NCBI RefSeq assembly: GCF_009914755.1
Contig: NC_060937.1
Strand: one strand, 5' to 3'
DNA: 64,000 bases
Origin: the human T2T-CHM13v2.0 reference genome, Homo sapiens
Every line of letters begins with the position of its first letter. Position 1 is the first letter of the stretch. The notes under the pieces are model-generated. The model was given only the letters and a program-made list of their open reading frames with translations. It did no database searches and was not told where the DNA came from. The translations under genes and the position numbers were made by a program. Shown here one piece after another: positions 14,193 through 27,453 of the stretch.

Positions 14193-14738
14193 AATTAACT
14201 ATTTTTTTAAAGTATACATCATGCATGTAATTAACAGAAAATATTACTTTACAGGAATAGCCTTTCCAAAAAATTTCCATCCCTCATTAAATTAAGAGAC
14301 CTAATGCTAAGGATTCATCCAAAGAAGATTTTATATTCATTTTTACTGAATAATCAATTATATTATGTACACACCTACAAAATTCAAAATATAAAATAAA
14401 CTAAAGCAAAATAATACACAATTTTGTGTGCTACAAAAAATTTTAGTTTAAAAATTATTTTAAATGTCAGTCAAATAATACAGAATATTAAGTCATCATT
14501 GCCCTTTAAAATTCTTTCAACAAGAAATGCCTAATTGTACTTTCACTTTATCTCACTGTACCAGTAAGTAAATAAATTAACAAAATAGCTTTTATCACAC
14601 AGAATAACCTTTTAACTGAGGGATTATCTCTGGTTTATTTTACATTTCTTTCACTGCAGATAGCAGTTCATGCCTCATTGATTAGTTTGCTAAGGTGGTG
14701 ACCAGAAATGAAAACACTGCAAGGACCTGTGTGTGTAA

Positions 14739-14739
<1 letters not shown>

Positions 14740-14779
<40 letters not shown>
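14740..14779. repeat. (CA)20 microsatellite
   Basis: Pure CA run, preceded by a short inverted (TG)4. Confidence 0.97.
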
Positions 14780-14780
<1 letters not shown>

Positions 14781-15199
14781 TAATTCTATGCCTCTATGCC
14801 CGCTTAGATTTGTTTCTTATTTACACATTTTTATGTTTTTTCGTTAAATTGCGTTTCCATTCATAATTTAAATTGTCCATTTCGTAACTCTCAGGGAGAG
14901 GAAAATATAAAGTCGATGGAAAAAAAAATCTAGTTTTCTTCAGATTCCTGCTACTTAGGAATATAATGATAGCCTGTATCTTGATGTATGCCATTGAATA
15001 TACCAGCCACATTTGAGACTTGCCATATTCATCATAAGCTCATCAGTCAGATCTTTAGATCTAACATCTCTTTCGTTTTTTCAGTCAAAACCAATATGGA
15101 ATTAGTAGTCCAAAAAAACTTTTAAATTAAAAAAAAAACACAGAAATCAAGTACAGTAATATTAATAAGTGTTAATTAGAGTAACCAGAACCAATGAGA

Positions 15200-15985
15200 G
15201 CATGTCACTCTCATTTGGTCTTTTGCTACCCAAAGACTCTGTAGAATCACGTGTCCCAGTGTTTAAAAAGATCATGGATCACCTAGAAGGCCCCAGAAAA
15301 GAACAACCACAGGGTTGAAGGATTCGAAAGTCCAGAACAAATGAAGAAGGAAAGAGAGCATATGGTCTCACATGGAAAAGATGAGAACAAAATGGGAACC
15401 TTAAAATATTGAATAAAAGCTAACCAAATAAAAGACAGATTAAATTCATTCCTTTCACTTATGAACTCAGTAATAGATTATTTTTGCCAAACGGAAGAAA
15501 GAGCATAACAGTTAGACTTAAAAAAAAGCTCTCTTCCGGCTGGGCACACTGGCTCACACGTGCAATCCCAGAACTTTGGGAGGCCCAGGCAGAAGGATCT
15601 CTCGAGCTCAGGAGTTCAAGACCAGTCTGGGCAACATAGCGAGACCTCATTTCCACTAAAAATTAAAACAAAATTAGCTGGGCATGGTGGTGCACCTATA
15701 CTCCCAGCTACTCAGGAGGAGGATTACTTGTGTCAGGGAAATCCAAAATGCAGTGAGCTATGATCGCATCACTGCACACCATCCCGGATGACAGAGCAAG
15801 ACCATATCTGAAAAAAAAAAAAAAAAAATAGAAATCTCTTTCTCCCAGATCCTTCTCCCTTCAATGTTCAGGTAGAGCTAGATAACTTACTCAGTATATC
15901 AGGATGTTGTAAAATTGACACTGGCATTTGTTACAGGCTTTAGCTCACCCACTGCTGAGGCCTCTTTCTCTTCTAAAACTGTATT
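15200..15985 (+). mobile_element. L3/CR1 remnant interrupted by an AluJ
   Basis: 'tttaaaaagatcatggatcacctagaaggccccagaaaagaacaacca' resembles the CR1 ORF2 end, and CR1 3'UTR-like sequence resumes after 15830. Confidence 0.55.
15538..15830 (+). mobile_element. AluJ
   Basis: Diverged dimer with 'gggcaacatagcgagacc' and 'gagctatgatcgca', plus an A tail. Confidence 0.93.
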
Positions 15986-16870
15986 CCCTTCTCTGTAATC
16001 TCCATCACCAAGTAGAGTTGATTATGTATTCAAACATATTGTTTCTTTTCCATTTGTTTGCTATTTCATTAATTAGGTGCATATTTCCTTAGGATCTTAT
16101 GTTATCCTGATAACTGGCTGCTCTATCAACATTCCCATTTATAAACCATCCTACCCATTGCTTTTAGAATAAAAATTATTAGGTAAGAAGATTTTTAAGT
16201 AATAGCCAAAGCAAGCTTTAGGAAAATTATAATCTGGCAATCTTCATGTCTCTACTGTTAGTGGAGCTTTCTTTTCTGTTGGCATTCTTACTCCTCCCAT
16301 TGACATTTAAACCCATCACCCCAGACATCTACACATCTTAGTATTTTGCTTTCAACAGTCAACTAAACCCTGCGAGGATTTAATTGATAATTAAAGTTAA
16401 AAGCTTAAATTATGAGTATTTGCATTTAAAAGAGGCTCCTTCTTCTGTATGAATGCAACCTCTGGTGCTATTTCTTAAGTACAAAAGTAAATGAGCCTTT
16501 GTAGGCCACCTTTGAAAGGTTGTCTTTGACCCAAAATAGAATGGCTTATTTAATCATAGGATTTTCTGCTCAAGGAACAACATAGATCCCATGTCTTACT
16601 GTAGCATGTACCAAGCCTCTTCTTTTGGTCTTTCAGCCTCTTTACAAACTTAACACCCCACATTCTCACCAATTTGACTACATTTCAGTTCACATTACAA
16701 TTTCATGCAATGCAAAGAATAGACATAGATTTTTTTCTAGAAGTCACAGTACACTTTCTATACTATGCTCACTATCTGTGTGTATTATTCTATTACCTAT
16801 ATTTTTCTTTTGGGTAAAGAAGAAGAGTATCACTTTTCTTTCCATCAAAAACAGATTTTAAAAGTGGCCT

Positions 16871-17120
16871 TGGGAGGATTGTCTGAGCCAAGGAGTTCAA
16901 TCTCAGCCTCGGTAACATACTGAAACCCCATCACTACAAAAAATTTAAAAATTAGCCTGGCTTGGTGGCATGAACCTGTAGTCCCAGCTACTCTGGAGGC
17001 TGAGGTGGAAAGATTACTTGAGCACAGGAGGTTGAGGCTGCACTGAGCTGTGATCACGCCACTGCACTCCAGCCTGGGCCACAGAGTGACACTCTGTCAA
17101 ATAAATAAATAAAAATAAAA
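16871..17120 (+). mobile_element. 5'-truncated AluJ
   Basis: Starts mid left arm; TSD aaaagtggcct / aaaagtgacct; (TAAA)n tail. Confidence 0.92.
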
Positions 17121-17189
17121 AGTGACCTCCCCAGGAAGCCTTATTGAAATATATTAACTGTTTCTACTTTTAGTTCTTTATTTATCTTT

Positions 17190-17540
17190 TTGGTTCAATA
17201 TTTATTGAGAGTTTATTACGTACTGGGGAAGAATCTAGGTGAAGAAAGACAACACATAAATAGATGAATAAACTACTAAAATGCTGTCTTTAAATTACTT
17301 GTACACAGAAGACTTCTCTAAGAAGATGAGACTTGAATATCAAGAAGTTAGCAGCTATGGATGGGTGAAGCTATGGGAAAATCAGCAGAAAATGTCTCAG
17401 CAAATGGACTAGTGAGTGCAAAAGGCCTAAGTCTGATCAGGAAAGCAAAGGAAAGCTAGCATGGCTTATTCCAGCATGTGAAGGGGAGAAAAGAAAGAAT
17501 GGACTCCAGGAGGCTGGCAGACATTTGGACTTCACTGACA
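17190..17540 (-). mobile_element. L2 remnant
   Basis: 'ttcaatatttattgagagtttatta...gacttctctaagaagatgagacttga...gagtgcaaaaggcctaag'. Confidence 0.6.
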
Positions 17541-20355
17541 TATGAATAGTATTTATTTGTATGCTCTCTTACTAAGTTTTAAATCTTTTGCTGTTCACAG
17601 CACATTTTTGCATTCCCCAAATATATTTTCTCTCTCAGAAATATATATAGGTGTGTCAAGAGACACACCTTGTTACCCTATTGTCAGCCATAACGTCTAG
17701 TTCAAGGCTCAGCTCATAATCATGTCTAACAAATGTGTTTGACTAACTAAATTAAAATGTAATATAAATGAAAACCATTCATTTAAAATTCCAAAGCACT
17801 CCATGGTGTTTAAATTTTCAGATTCTATAAAGAATACTATCGGTATTTTAATGAAATATGAATCCTTTGCCTGCTAACATGTAAAGATAATGCTGCAGCT
17901 GAAAGTGCATTATATAAATGTCTACTTTAGTCCTTCTTTGTCAATGCTTTGCTATCCATATAAAAGATCCAGATCAATATAAAGGTAAAAACATGATACA
18001 TGATAGCAGACAGTTATGTTCTCTAAACTTTACTTATCAGTTCTAAGATGTCTTTATCAAAAAGTTTATTTTCTTGCAGTAGTTACTTTATATCAAGCAG
18101 TTATCTCTCACACTTGTCAGATTGTTCCTACACCCAGATAAATGTCCCTGTCATCACATACTGAAAGGAAAATGTAAATCTGCATTATAAAATGCATTTC
18201 TCTCTTACTTGATGATCCACAGCTATTTCCTGTTAAAAATACTGTAGAACAAACAACAATAATAATATTGGTTGGAAAAAATAGGGAAACATTACCTATG
18301 GATATTTAAGAAACAAAGCCAACACTAATCCTTTATTTGAAGAAAGTAAAAATCTATATCCAAACATGATTTCCCTATACATAGTGTCGATGTTCAGATA
18401 TTGAGCCTGATGCCCTCATAATACATTTGCCTAACACCACAGTAAATTTTTTCATTGTTTTCTCCCAACTAGGATGACAACCACCTAACCTACATAATAT
18501 TAAGCAGACATTTAGTTCCACTGATGTGAACAGCCAAGAGATTAATGCTGACAGAGCTAAATTACACAAGAGTCAAGAGATGTGATCCAACAATACAATT
18601 ATAATTATCACTAGGGGAGGTAAGAGATGAACATATTTTCATCTACTAAGAGCTCTGAACTAAAGGGCCAAACACTTAAATGCCACTTTTACTCATTTGG
18701 TAACTAGGGGTAGTCCAAATTCTGTAATTATCTGACTTTGCATTCATTAAAAGCAGCTTGGTTTTAGAGGCTTCTGATAGCAATGTCACAATTAACAGTC
18801 TACGTTTCATTTGCAGCCACTATTTCAAAAGAACTAAAATAATCACCAAGTCATATGAATAATAAAAAAGGACTAGTCCTCATTTTCTTCTCTTTTGTTT
18901 CAGTAATTTGCTGTGCAATGAATTATGTTTTAACTTAGGTTTTTATTTATTTTGTGCGATATCATAAAATAATTAAGAAATCCTCATATCATTTTTTCTT
19001 CCTTAAAAGTATGTTGGAAAAAAAGAAATATGATATCCATTTAAAAAATAAGATTTTAGATGAAAGTTCTTAACAATATGTTAAAGCATTTTACTTCTTG
19101 AGTGGTACATTATAGACACTTAAAGTTATGAATATATACCTGAAGCTTTAATAATCCTTTTGAATAGTGTATCTATTAGAATGATATTTATTATAAGGAT
19201 AGAATTAGAAATTATGCTCTTAGGCAATTATAAGTCTATACCATTAAATTATTTTTACTCCAGTATATGAATCATCACTTTGAATAATTTATATATTAGA
19301 AAGTAATATTCCTTAGCAGTATACAACCAGCATATGCCATTTGCTATAAATGAGTTTCTGTATTATAAACAGGTAATACAATCAGGATGAAAGTGAGGAA
19401 ACCATCTTCCTTTTGGCTTTCCTTACAGACATTCTGGGTGATTTTAAGAAGTTTAGTAAGTTTTGTTTTCTTACTAACTCCCTCCATATTGACATTTGTT
19501 GATTTCCTATGAGATTTTCTACCTTTTGAGAGAAAATATCAACTTGCTTCTTTCCTTCTTTTAGAAAAAATAATTCACAGAACAACATTCCCTTCTAATG
19601 ACTACGAGGTGGAATATAACAAGTCCTTCCTATGTGAAACTCCCAGTTGCAGCTACTCATGACTAAGTCATACCGAACACCAAAGAAAGCAGTGGTTGGT
19701 TACTTAATAGCTTTCTGGACAGAACTTGAAAATTGGGAAGGGGGTACTTCCGGATAATAATACTTGAAAACTATCATCATAGTGAGCTTGGCTTATATCA
19801 ATGTAAAAATCTGTATGCATTTAAAATAATCCCCAAACAGATATATATCATTTTCTCATTTATTATTTTATCTTGCTAGAAACAATAGTTCTAAATATGT
19901 TGATAAAGTACTGAAAAGCCAGACACACAGTATCATTCAGTTTCAAAAGTTGAGGAAAGAGCTTTGGATTTGGGGTCAGAAGGTACAGGTTTCAGTTTTT
20001 ACTTGTATGAACTTCAACTTTCTGGGTTCAATGTCTACATCATTGCTGTGGGGCTTCAATATACTATTCGTGGCTTTCTCATAAACTACGATGGAGCTGG
20101 GGGTGTAGCTAAAGAGAGGAGGAGGATTCTTATCACCTCCTCCCTCAATGCTTAGGAGCAGGGGCTAGGGTTAGAATATCTCTGTTATTTGGAGACTTTG
20201 TAAAGGAATGACTCAGTACCATCTATATTCAAAAGAGCAGAATGTGCTGAGTTCCAGGTTTCTTTTCATCTTTTTCATGGATTGTTGTGTCAAAACCAGA
20301 AACCGTTGTACATTTCTCTATCCTAAATAAAATAAAACCTATTAAAATGTGTCTA

Positions 20356-20664
20356 GGTCTGGCATAGCAGCTTGTACCTGTAATCCTAGCACTTTGGGAG
20401 GTTGAGGCAAAAGGATCGCTTGAGCCCAGGAGTTTGAGAACCAGCCTGGGAAAACCAGGCCAAATTTGTCTCTACACAAATTAAAAAAAAAAAAAAAAAA
20501 TTAGTCCAGCGTGGTGGCACATGCCTGTAGCCCCAGCTACTCAGGAGCCTAAGGTAGGAGGATCACTTGACCCCAGAAGGTTGAGGCTGCAGTGAACCCT
20601 GATCACACCATTGCATTCCAGCCGAGGCAGTAGAGTGAGATCCTATCTAAAAAATAAAATAAAA
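20356..20664 (+). mobile_element. AluJ
   Basis: Full dimer with an expanded middle A-tract; TSD taaaatgtgtc. Confidence 0.93.
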
Positions 20665-20910
20665 TGTGTCCTAGTTAACATGGTTAACATGGTTCCCCAA
20701 ATATTTGGCATTATGTTTTAAGATATTTTATAACTTCAGACCGCACAAATAAATAGGTACCTGAACAGTAATATTAAAAACCTCTTTTGATGTTGACTTG
20801 CATTTGACGCAATAAAATCTGTTTTTAGTAAGGTGGTTTTTTAAAAATTTATGTTCTAATCCCACATCAATCCTCTTCTGTTTCTTAACAAATTAAATGA
20901 TAAATTATTG

Positions 20911-21226
20911 TTTTGCTTTTTTGTTTTGTTTTGTTTTGTTTTTTGAGACAGAGTCTCACTGCCTTTTCCAGTCTGAAGTGCAGTGGTGCTGTCTTGGCTT
21001 ACTGCAACTTCTGCCTTCTGGGCTCTAGTGATCCGCCCACCTCAGCCTCTTGAGTAGCTTGGATTACAGGCAAGTGCCACCATACCAAGCTAATTTTTGT
21101 CTTTTTAGTAGAATCGGGGTTCCACCATGTTGCTCAGGTTGGTCTCAAACTCCTGGCCTCAAGTGATCTGCCCACCTCGGCCTCCCAAATTGCTGGGCTT
21201 ACAGGCCTGAACCACTGCACCTGGCC
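20911..21226 (-). mobile_element. AluJb-like
   Basis: Full dimer with a (TTTTG)n tail and 'ctcctggcctcaagtgatc'. Confidence 0.92.
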
Positions 21227-23199
21227 TGTTTTGTATTTTTGTTTTCACTTTCCTTTCAGACTATTTTGATAGGAATCAGCAATTCTTAGATTAGTCTGAA
21301 AAGCCCTCTCAGTATTGAAATTTTGTAGGCATTCACTTAAACCTAAGGTAAGTAGAAAAATAAATTCGTATCTAATGGAAACTAGTTCCAACTTGTTTGT
21401 TTTCAAAATAAAGGAAACAAATATGAAAAAACTTCTATCATCAAAAACTTCTAAGGGGTTTATAGTTGTATTTATCCTGTTTAGCTCAAGTGAGAAGTAA
21501 TTTTACATTTGAAAACCTTCATCAAAACTGTACTGAAGACAGCTTGCTATACTTGGATAATTCCATTTGGTGACTCCCAACTAGGCAAAACTTTCTGCCC
21601 TTTAGCAAATATAATTTACTGAATGAATAAATAAAATTAAATTTATAATAACTAAAAACAATATATTCAATGCATGCCAATTTAAATCTTAAATTACTCC
21701 AACTGACCAACAGAAATCCTGAGATCATCAACATTTGCCTAAAACCTGCTCTATAACTTGTTCAAAATAACTTGGAAACACTCTTGATATGATACAACTA
21801 TACCATATACTTCCATTTCTGAATTTTTTTATACACAGCAAAGTAGATGGGTTATTTCCAAGTCAATTGAATAAAGTATTACTTATATCAAAAAATACAT
21901 AGAAAATGTATGTTAGTTATGATATCAAAAGAAAGAAACTATGTTATGCCTAGAGTTTTAAACAGAGAAGAATTGTAAAGGAACTTGCAAGTAAGTTTCT
22001 TTATGATTTATGTCCATTTGTATTTTTTTAAGCTCCAATTAGCTCCATAAAGACTACTTTAGAGGAATAAAAACATTCAAATATTTGGCAGTCTCAAACA
22101 CTCGTCTTAGAAATGTTTCTTCATGGATGAACCTTTATGTTATAATGAATGTCAATCACAACTAACTATAACTTTTGGGTTTGCAAAGGAACAAGCAATT
22201 CTCTCTAACACTCCATTTGCAAGTGCAAAACATCAAAATGTGATATTACAATTGGCAAAAAACGGACTTTACATGTGGATTATAGCATATCTTAGTGAAA
22301 CTGAAACTGTAAAAAAAAAATTCAAAAGAAAACTTGAAAATAATGGTTTTGAACATAAAATTAGTACAACAAAAAAGACTTGAAAAATTTTTAGCAAAAC
22401 AAGTCTCATCAAAGCAATATGAATGTTAGCGTCAAAAAACCATGTTTCTCAAAAGGCACCTTTCTTGACAAAGCTTTAATTGTTTTGAGCAATGTAGCCT
22501 CTAAGAAAATGAACCTACGGATTCAGCTGAGTTTCAAAAAAGAAGACAAAAGAGAGAGAAAGTAAATAGAAATTAACCAAAATATCGAATTCTACTTCTA
22601 AAACTCCTCTCAAAAGCTGTCATTTCATTCAAGTGTTAGTCCTCTCTTTCTCTGAGTGCATTGTGGTATCTAACATTTAATATTAAAGTAAAATGCCCTA
22701 GGGAAGGAGTGGTACCAATAAGAGTAAAGTTGATGAAACTATATAAAATATAAACTTTAAAGCTAGCTAAATCTTGATTTTTTGCTAAATATCTTAAAAT
22801 TTGTTTTGTCTAGAATTATATTGCCATTTTATGTAGCATGTATAAATTTTACTTTGATTAGTAGATGTTCTTTACATAAACACATTAAAAATATAATTGA
22901 TAATATCTATTAGAGAAATAAGCTCCTTAATTCACAATATTTGGGATGGCAATCATCATTGAAAATAAAACAAAAATGCAGGATATTTTGTTTGGATATT
23001 GCTCTGAAAATAAATAATACAGTATTAAAAAATATGAGTGGAAGATTTAAGGAAAGCATGCTTACACATGATTGATCTCTTAGAAAGCTGCATGGTTTAT
23101 AAAGGCACTGGATTACATGGGGCTTTTTTGGTTTCAAATAGATACACTTTGCTCCACAAAGTTATGTATTTGCTATTGTCTTTTGCATTATAGTTTGTC

Positions 23200-23360
23200 T
23201 TTCTGGATAACAAATCCCCTTGGAGAACCTGTTGAAAGTTACGGACCCCTTTAATCATTAATGAACACATAGTGATTTACCTAAAATTGTGCATGCAATT
23301 TCAGTTGAGGTCCTCACAGATGCTTCCCCCTCAGAATCTCAGCTATGGACCAAGACTCTG
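23200..23360. mobile_element. Old hAT-Charlie MITE remnant (MER112-like)
   Basis: 'ccccttggagaacctgttgaaagttacggacccct...aaaattgtgcatgcaatttca' resembles the consensus as I recall it. Confidence 0.45.
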
Positions 23361-24239
23361 CCTGGCATGTTTTAAACCTCTATTCTTCTCAATGAATTAT
23401 ACACTTGTAATGCTACAGGGAGTTGAGGCGAATAGACCGCATGTTGAAGCCCTATAAGTTTGTTTCATTAATAGGGGAAAATGTGAATTTTCCTATTTAT
23501 ATGCACATAGGCACTAGTATCATTACTGAGAGAAAAAGCAAAAGAATACTTCCATGTCTGAGATTTAAAACTGATTTAGTTGAAACAACTGATGAGTATT
23601 AAAAACAGTAAACTCAGCGTGACTTAACAAGAAAACGCTTTAAATGTAAGAAATAATTGTTTGGATATCTAAACATCCAAATCACATGTGCATTTTCATC
23701 CTAAATTAAACAAATTCTAAGTAAAAAAGTATACGCCTAATAGAAAAATAAAGTGATTTTTTTGTCATCCAATAAATAGGCAATGAAAAATCTATATTTA
23801 AATTCAAGGTACTAAAGTGAATTAAAGAGGTAACTATTCCACAGGAGTATACATCATTTCAGTTTAATTTTAGTATACAAGTCTCCTTATTAAATATCAT
23901 GTATAAAATAGTCTTATTTATCATCTTATCTCATTAAGTATTGTCTAGAGAGGCAATTTTGAAAAAGAAAACAATGGTTAGGAAGACTTTATTTTATTCT
24001 AATTATATTTGATACTTTAAATGTTTATCTATCTAATATATCTCTTATTAAACAATTCTTTAGCTCTGGTATATTTTTTAGTAAAGTTTTAATAACTTTC
24101 TCAGAATTAAAAATAGCATATGATATCAGAGACCAACAATAAAAGTAATCGAATTTAGAGAAATGTTTAGAAAATAAATAGATCTATACATATTTTGTTA
24201 AAGACCAATCAATTGATCTGCTGTTTTCTATGTAAAATG

Positions 24240-25370
24240 AAACAATGCTTATTATTAAAATATAGGCTGAATTCTTTGCCTGATTTTCCGCTTTTGTAAA
24301 ATGCATTGCTTGAGAAACAAGTCTTCAAAAAACAAGGCCTAAAAAAATCTACTACTCAGGGTGCCTTTGAGGATATTTAATTAAAATCTAATCCTGCATT
24401 CATTAAGGCTCACATAAATTAAGCTGTCATTCATAAGATTTATGGATTCTCATTTGCATATTGCATACAATTCATCAATTACTCAAGTATGAAAGGAGCA
24501 CATTTCCCTTGGAGCTGCCTGCTACCCTGCCAACATTTGAAATGAGGGAAAGAGCAAGACTGTCAGGCATTCACACAAACTTTCTTCCAAATGTCTGCTC
24601 CTTGATTAATCTAATTTTCTAGATCTTCCCTACAAGATACACCAACAGCCCTGGTGCACATTTCTATTATTTCGCCTGTCTTCATCACCAAAATCTTCCA
24701 GTCTTTGAATACTTCTTCATGTCTGAGTGATTATTCTTTATTTGCTAATAATATGGCATTGATGATATTTCCCTATTCAAATGTGTTTGATATGTACAAA
24801 GATGTAGGTTATAGGTCTGTTGATTTTTAATGTTTATTATTTGCTATCAACAATCAGCCAATAAAGAGCTGAAAATGAGGACATGGAAAAGGAAGAGAAT
24901 GTTGCTGTGGAATGTAGTTGGCACAAAAGCCTAGTTTCAGAGACTGTTAGCATTTCAGAAGAACCTGAAACAAAGCCCTGTAGTAAATCACTGATTCTAT
25001 ATTTAATATAAAAAATGGAGTTCACTCAATCAGCTGCAAGTATATGCTACTGCACTTTTTGCAGTTCTAAGCAAAGTAGTAAGTAACCCAAATTAGTTTG
25101 TTTTCACTGTGCATAAAGCATACTGTGTTAATTCACTTGTCTTCTCTGGGGAGTAGATCTTAATTTCAGTGGCACAAGTTGGAAGTAACAGTCCTTTCTA
25201 GACCACACTCTGGAAACCTTCCAACAGGAATGTGATCAGGTGCGAAACTTAATGCAAAACACTCCTCATGTCCAGGATTTCTACAATTAAAATATATGAA
25301 TGTATCAGCACTCTCAAAAATCTCTGCTCCTGAAAACATGCTGTCAATTAAATGTCAATTAAATAGAAAA
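24240..25370. promoter_or_regulatory. Candidate conserved developmental enhancer (CNE 1)
   Basis: Repeat-free and motif-dense: TAATCC 24389, MEIS CTGTCA 24424 and 24560, PBX-HOX-like GATTTATGG 24438 and TGATTAAT 24603, octamer ATTTGCAT 24452, doubled TGTCAATTAAA 25342-25363. Confidence 0.65.
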
Positions 25371-27329
25371 ACGGGAAAAACTACCTTTCAAAATCATTAG
25401 TTTTCTATGAAGTGCATATACTTCAGTATAAAAAGAAAGCATTTTATTCAATTTAAATATTTAGAAAATTCATTTGGTAACATGAGGGATTTTATTTTAC
25501 TGTATGATACTTGCCAAAACTATGATCATATCTCTTTGGAAACACCCATTTAGAACCCAAAATTAGAATTTCCCAAATTAAAACCTTAACATCTCAGGTT
25601 AAGTGTTAAATTACCAAAGACACCTTTTGGTTGATTTTGCTCCCGAAGAGTCTAAAGAAATGAGTAAATGACTCTAAGGACTATACTAGCATAATCATAA
25701 ATATTTTCACTTTACAAAAACTGTGCCTCTAAAGAGAAAAAAATTGTATTCAGCAATAAAAATAATTTCCATGAATTCCTCACAAATACATTTAACATAG
25801 GAGAAATAAATGACTCTATAAATTTAATCAGAAGGATGAAATCATTAGCATCCCCAATTTATAAAATGACTTTCAAAACTGAAAGCAAACAACAGATAAG
25901 CTCATGCTTTTTATTCATTCAAGTGGGATGGTTCTTCATAATTTTCAGAGATCCATGCCTGAGACACTACTGAGTGTATTGTCTGTCTTTTAACTCTTGC
26001 ATTCTCTACATTTCAGTTTTCTCAGCATGAGCTGTCTACTTTATTCTATCCAAGTAATGTGTAATAGAAAAAGAATTGACCTATTCTATAATAATAATGC
26101 TTATTTTATTTCTTCAATACAAACCACCTGTTTGGGTTTTGTTTGGTTTTTGAGGTTTTTTTAACTATGTAAATTAAATATGATAATCAGCTTCCTTACT
26201 CAGTGTAATAGACAGTGAATGGAAAGCATATGGAAAACTTTACTTTTTTTTATTTAGTTCATCCTACAAAAGAATTTACCCCAGATTAATGAAGAAATCC
26301 CAAGTAAAAGAACACAAAAACATCTAAGAGTGATGGACAATAGAGAGGAGAGCTTCACCTGGGGCACTTCATTTAAATTGAAGATTTTGCATTAAATGTT
26401 TGTACAGATTAAGTGAACTTGTTTCATGTCCCAGAGTGCACATTTATTTTGAATAAATTATTCCCAAAATGAATTTGCTTTCTTTTTATTTTTCATAGCC
26501 CCTTTAGATTAATAATCAGATCTAAAATGGCATTTCTGAATGCAATCTATCTAGTCCACACATATGAGAGAACATTCTGATAGATTTTAAGAGATACTTA
26601 TTTAAAAAGTCACACACAAATGAATACATAAAAGGACACCACTCCTCTTTAGGAAAAGTAAATATATTAAGGAAAGCATCAACATGGCAATGACCTTGAA
26701 AAGAATCTTGGGTTATGGTAGTCTATCACTAGTAATCAGGATTGATATCCATAAAATGAAGCTATCACAAAATCACTCTCTTGCTAGCATACTGCTATGT
26801 ATGTTACATCCCTTAATACTGTTAAATGTTAGTCAGGTCCTGTGGAATCTATGCATAACAATGACAAACACAATGACAGACCCACAGAATGAAACTTGTT
26901 TAGAATCAGTTTAAAATAAAATATGCATATGTGAATTCAATTGTTAGTGTATTGTCGAAGTTTTCAGTCTCTCCAGAGGAAGAATATTAGGTAATTAGAA
27001 TTACTCAACGTACACTAAAAATAATAAAACTTCTCAAAATTGTTTACAAGGCCATAAAGCAGAATAAGCCAAGCCTGATGGGCACCTGGGTAACAGAAAT
27101 ATTCACTACCAATCCACCTTTATTTTAAAATCCTCTGATTTACCAATGTATCCTAAATGCAATAATATGGAATGAACATTTATTGCGGCTCCACTCAAAA
27201 ATCATCTTAACAAGTTATTCTGTATATATGTATCATGTCTATAAAGAAACATAAGATTAAAGACATTTTTTCATGGTACAATGAAAGTTGATCAGTTTTT
27301 CTAATCTTATAACTAGAAAAATAAAGAAA

Positions 27330-27453
27330 CATGCTAGATGACGAGTTAGTGGGTGCAGCACACCAGCATGGCACATGTATACATATGTAACTAACCTGCA
27401 CATTGTGCACATGTACCCTAAAACTTAAAGTATAATAATAATTTTAAAAAAAG
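27330..27453 (+). mobile_element. Young, severely 5'-truncated L1 (L1PA2/L1PA3-like 3' end)
   Basis: 'tgctagatgacgagttagtgggtgcagca...aaaacttaaagtataat' has GAG rather than ACA/ACG at the diagnostic site; perfect 15-bp TSD agaaaaataaagaaa (27315-27329 / 27454-27468). Confidence 0.93.
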
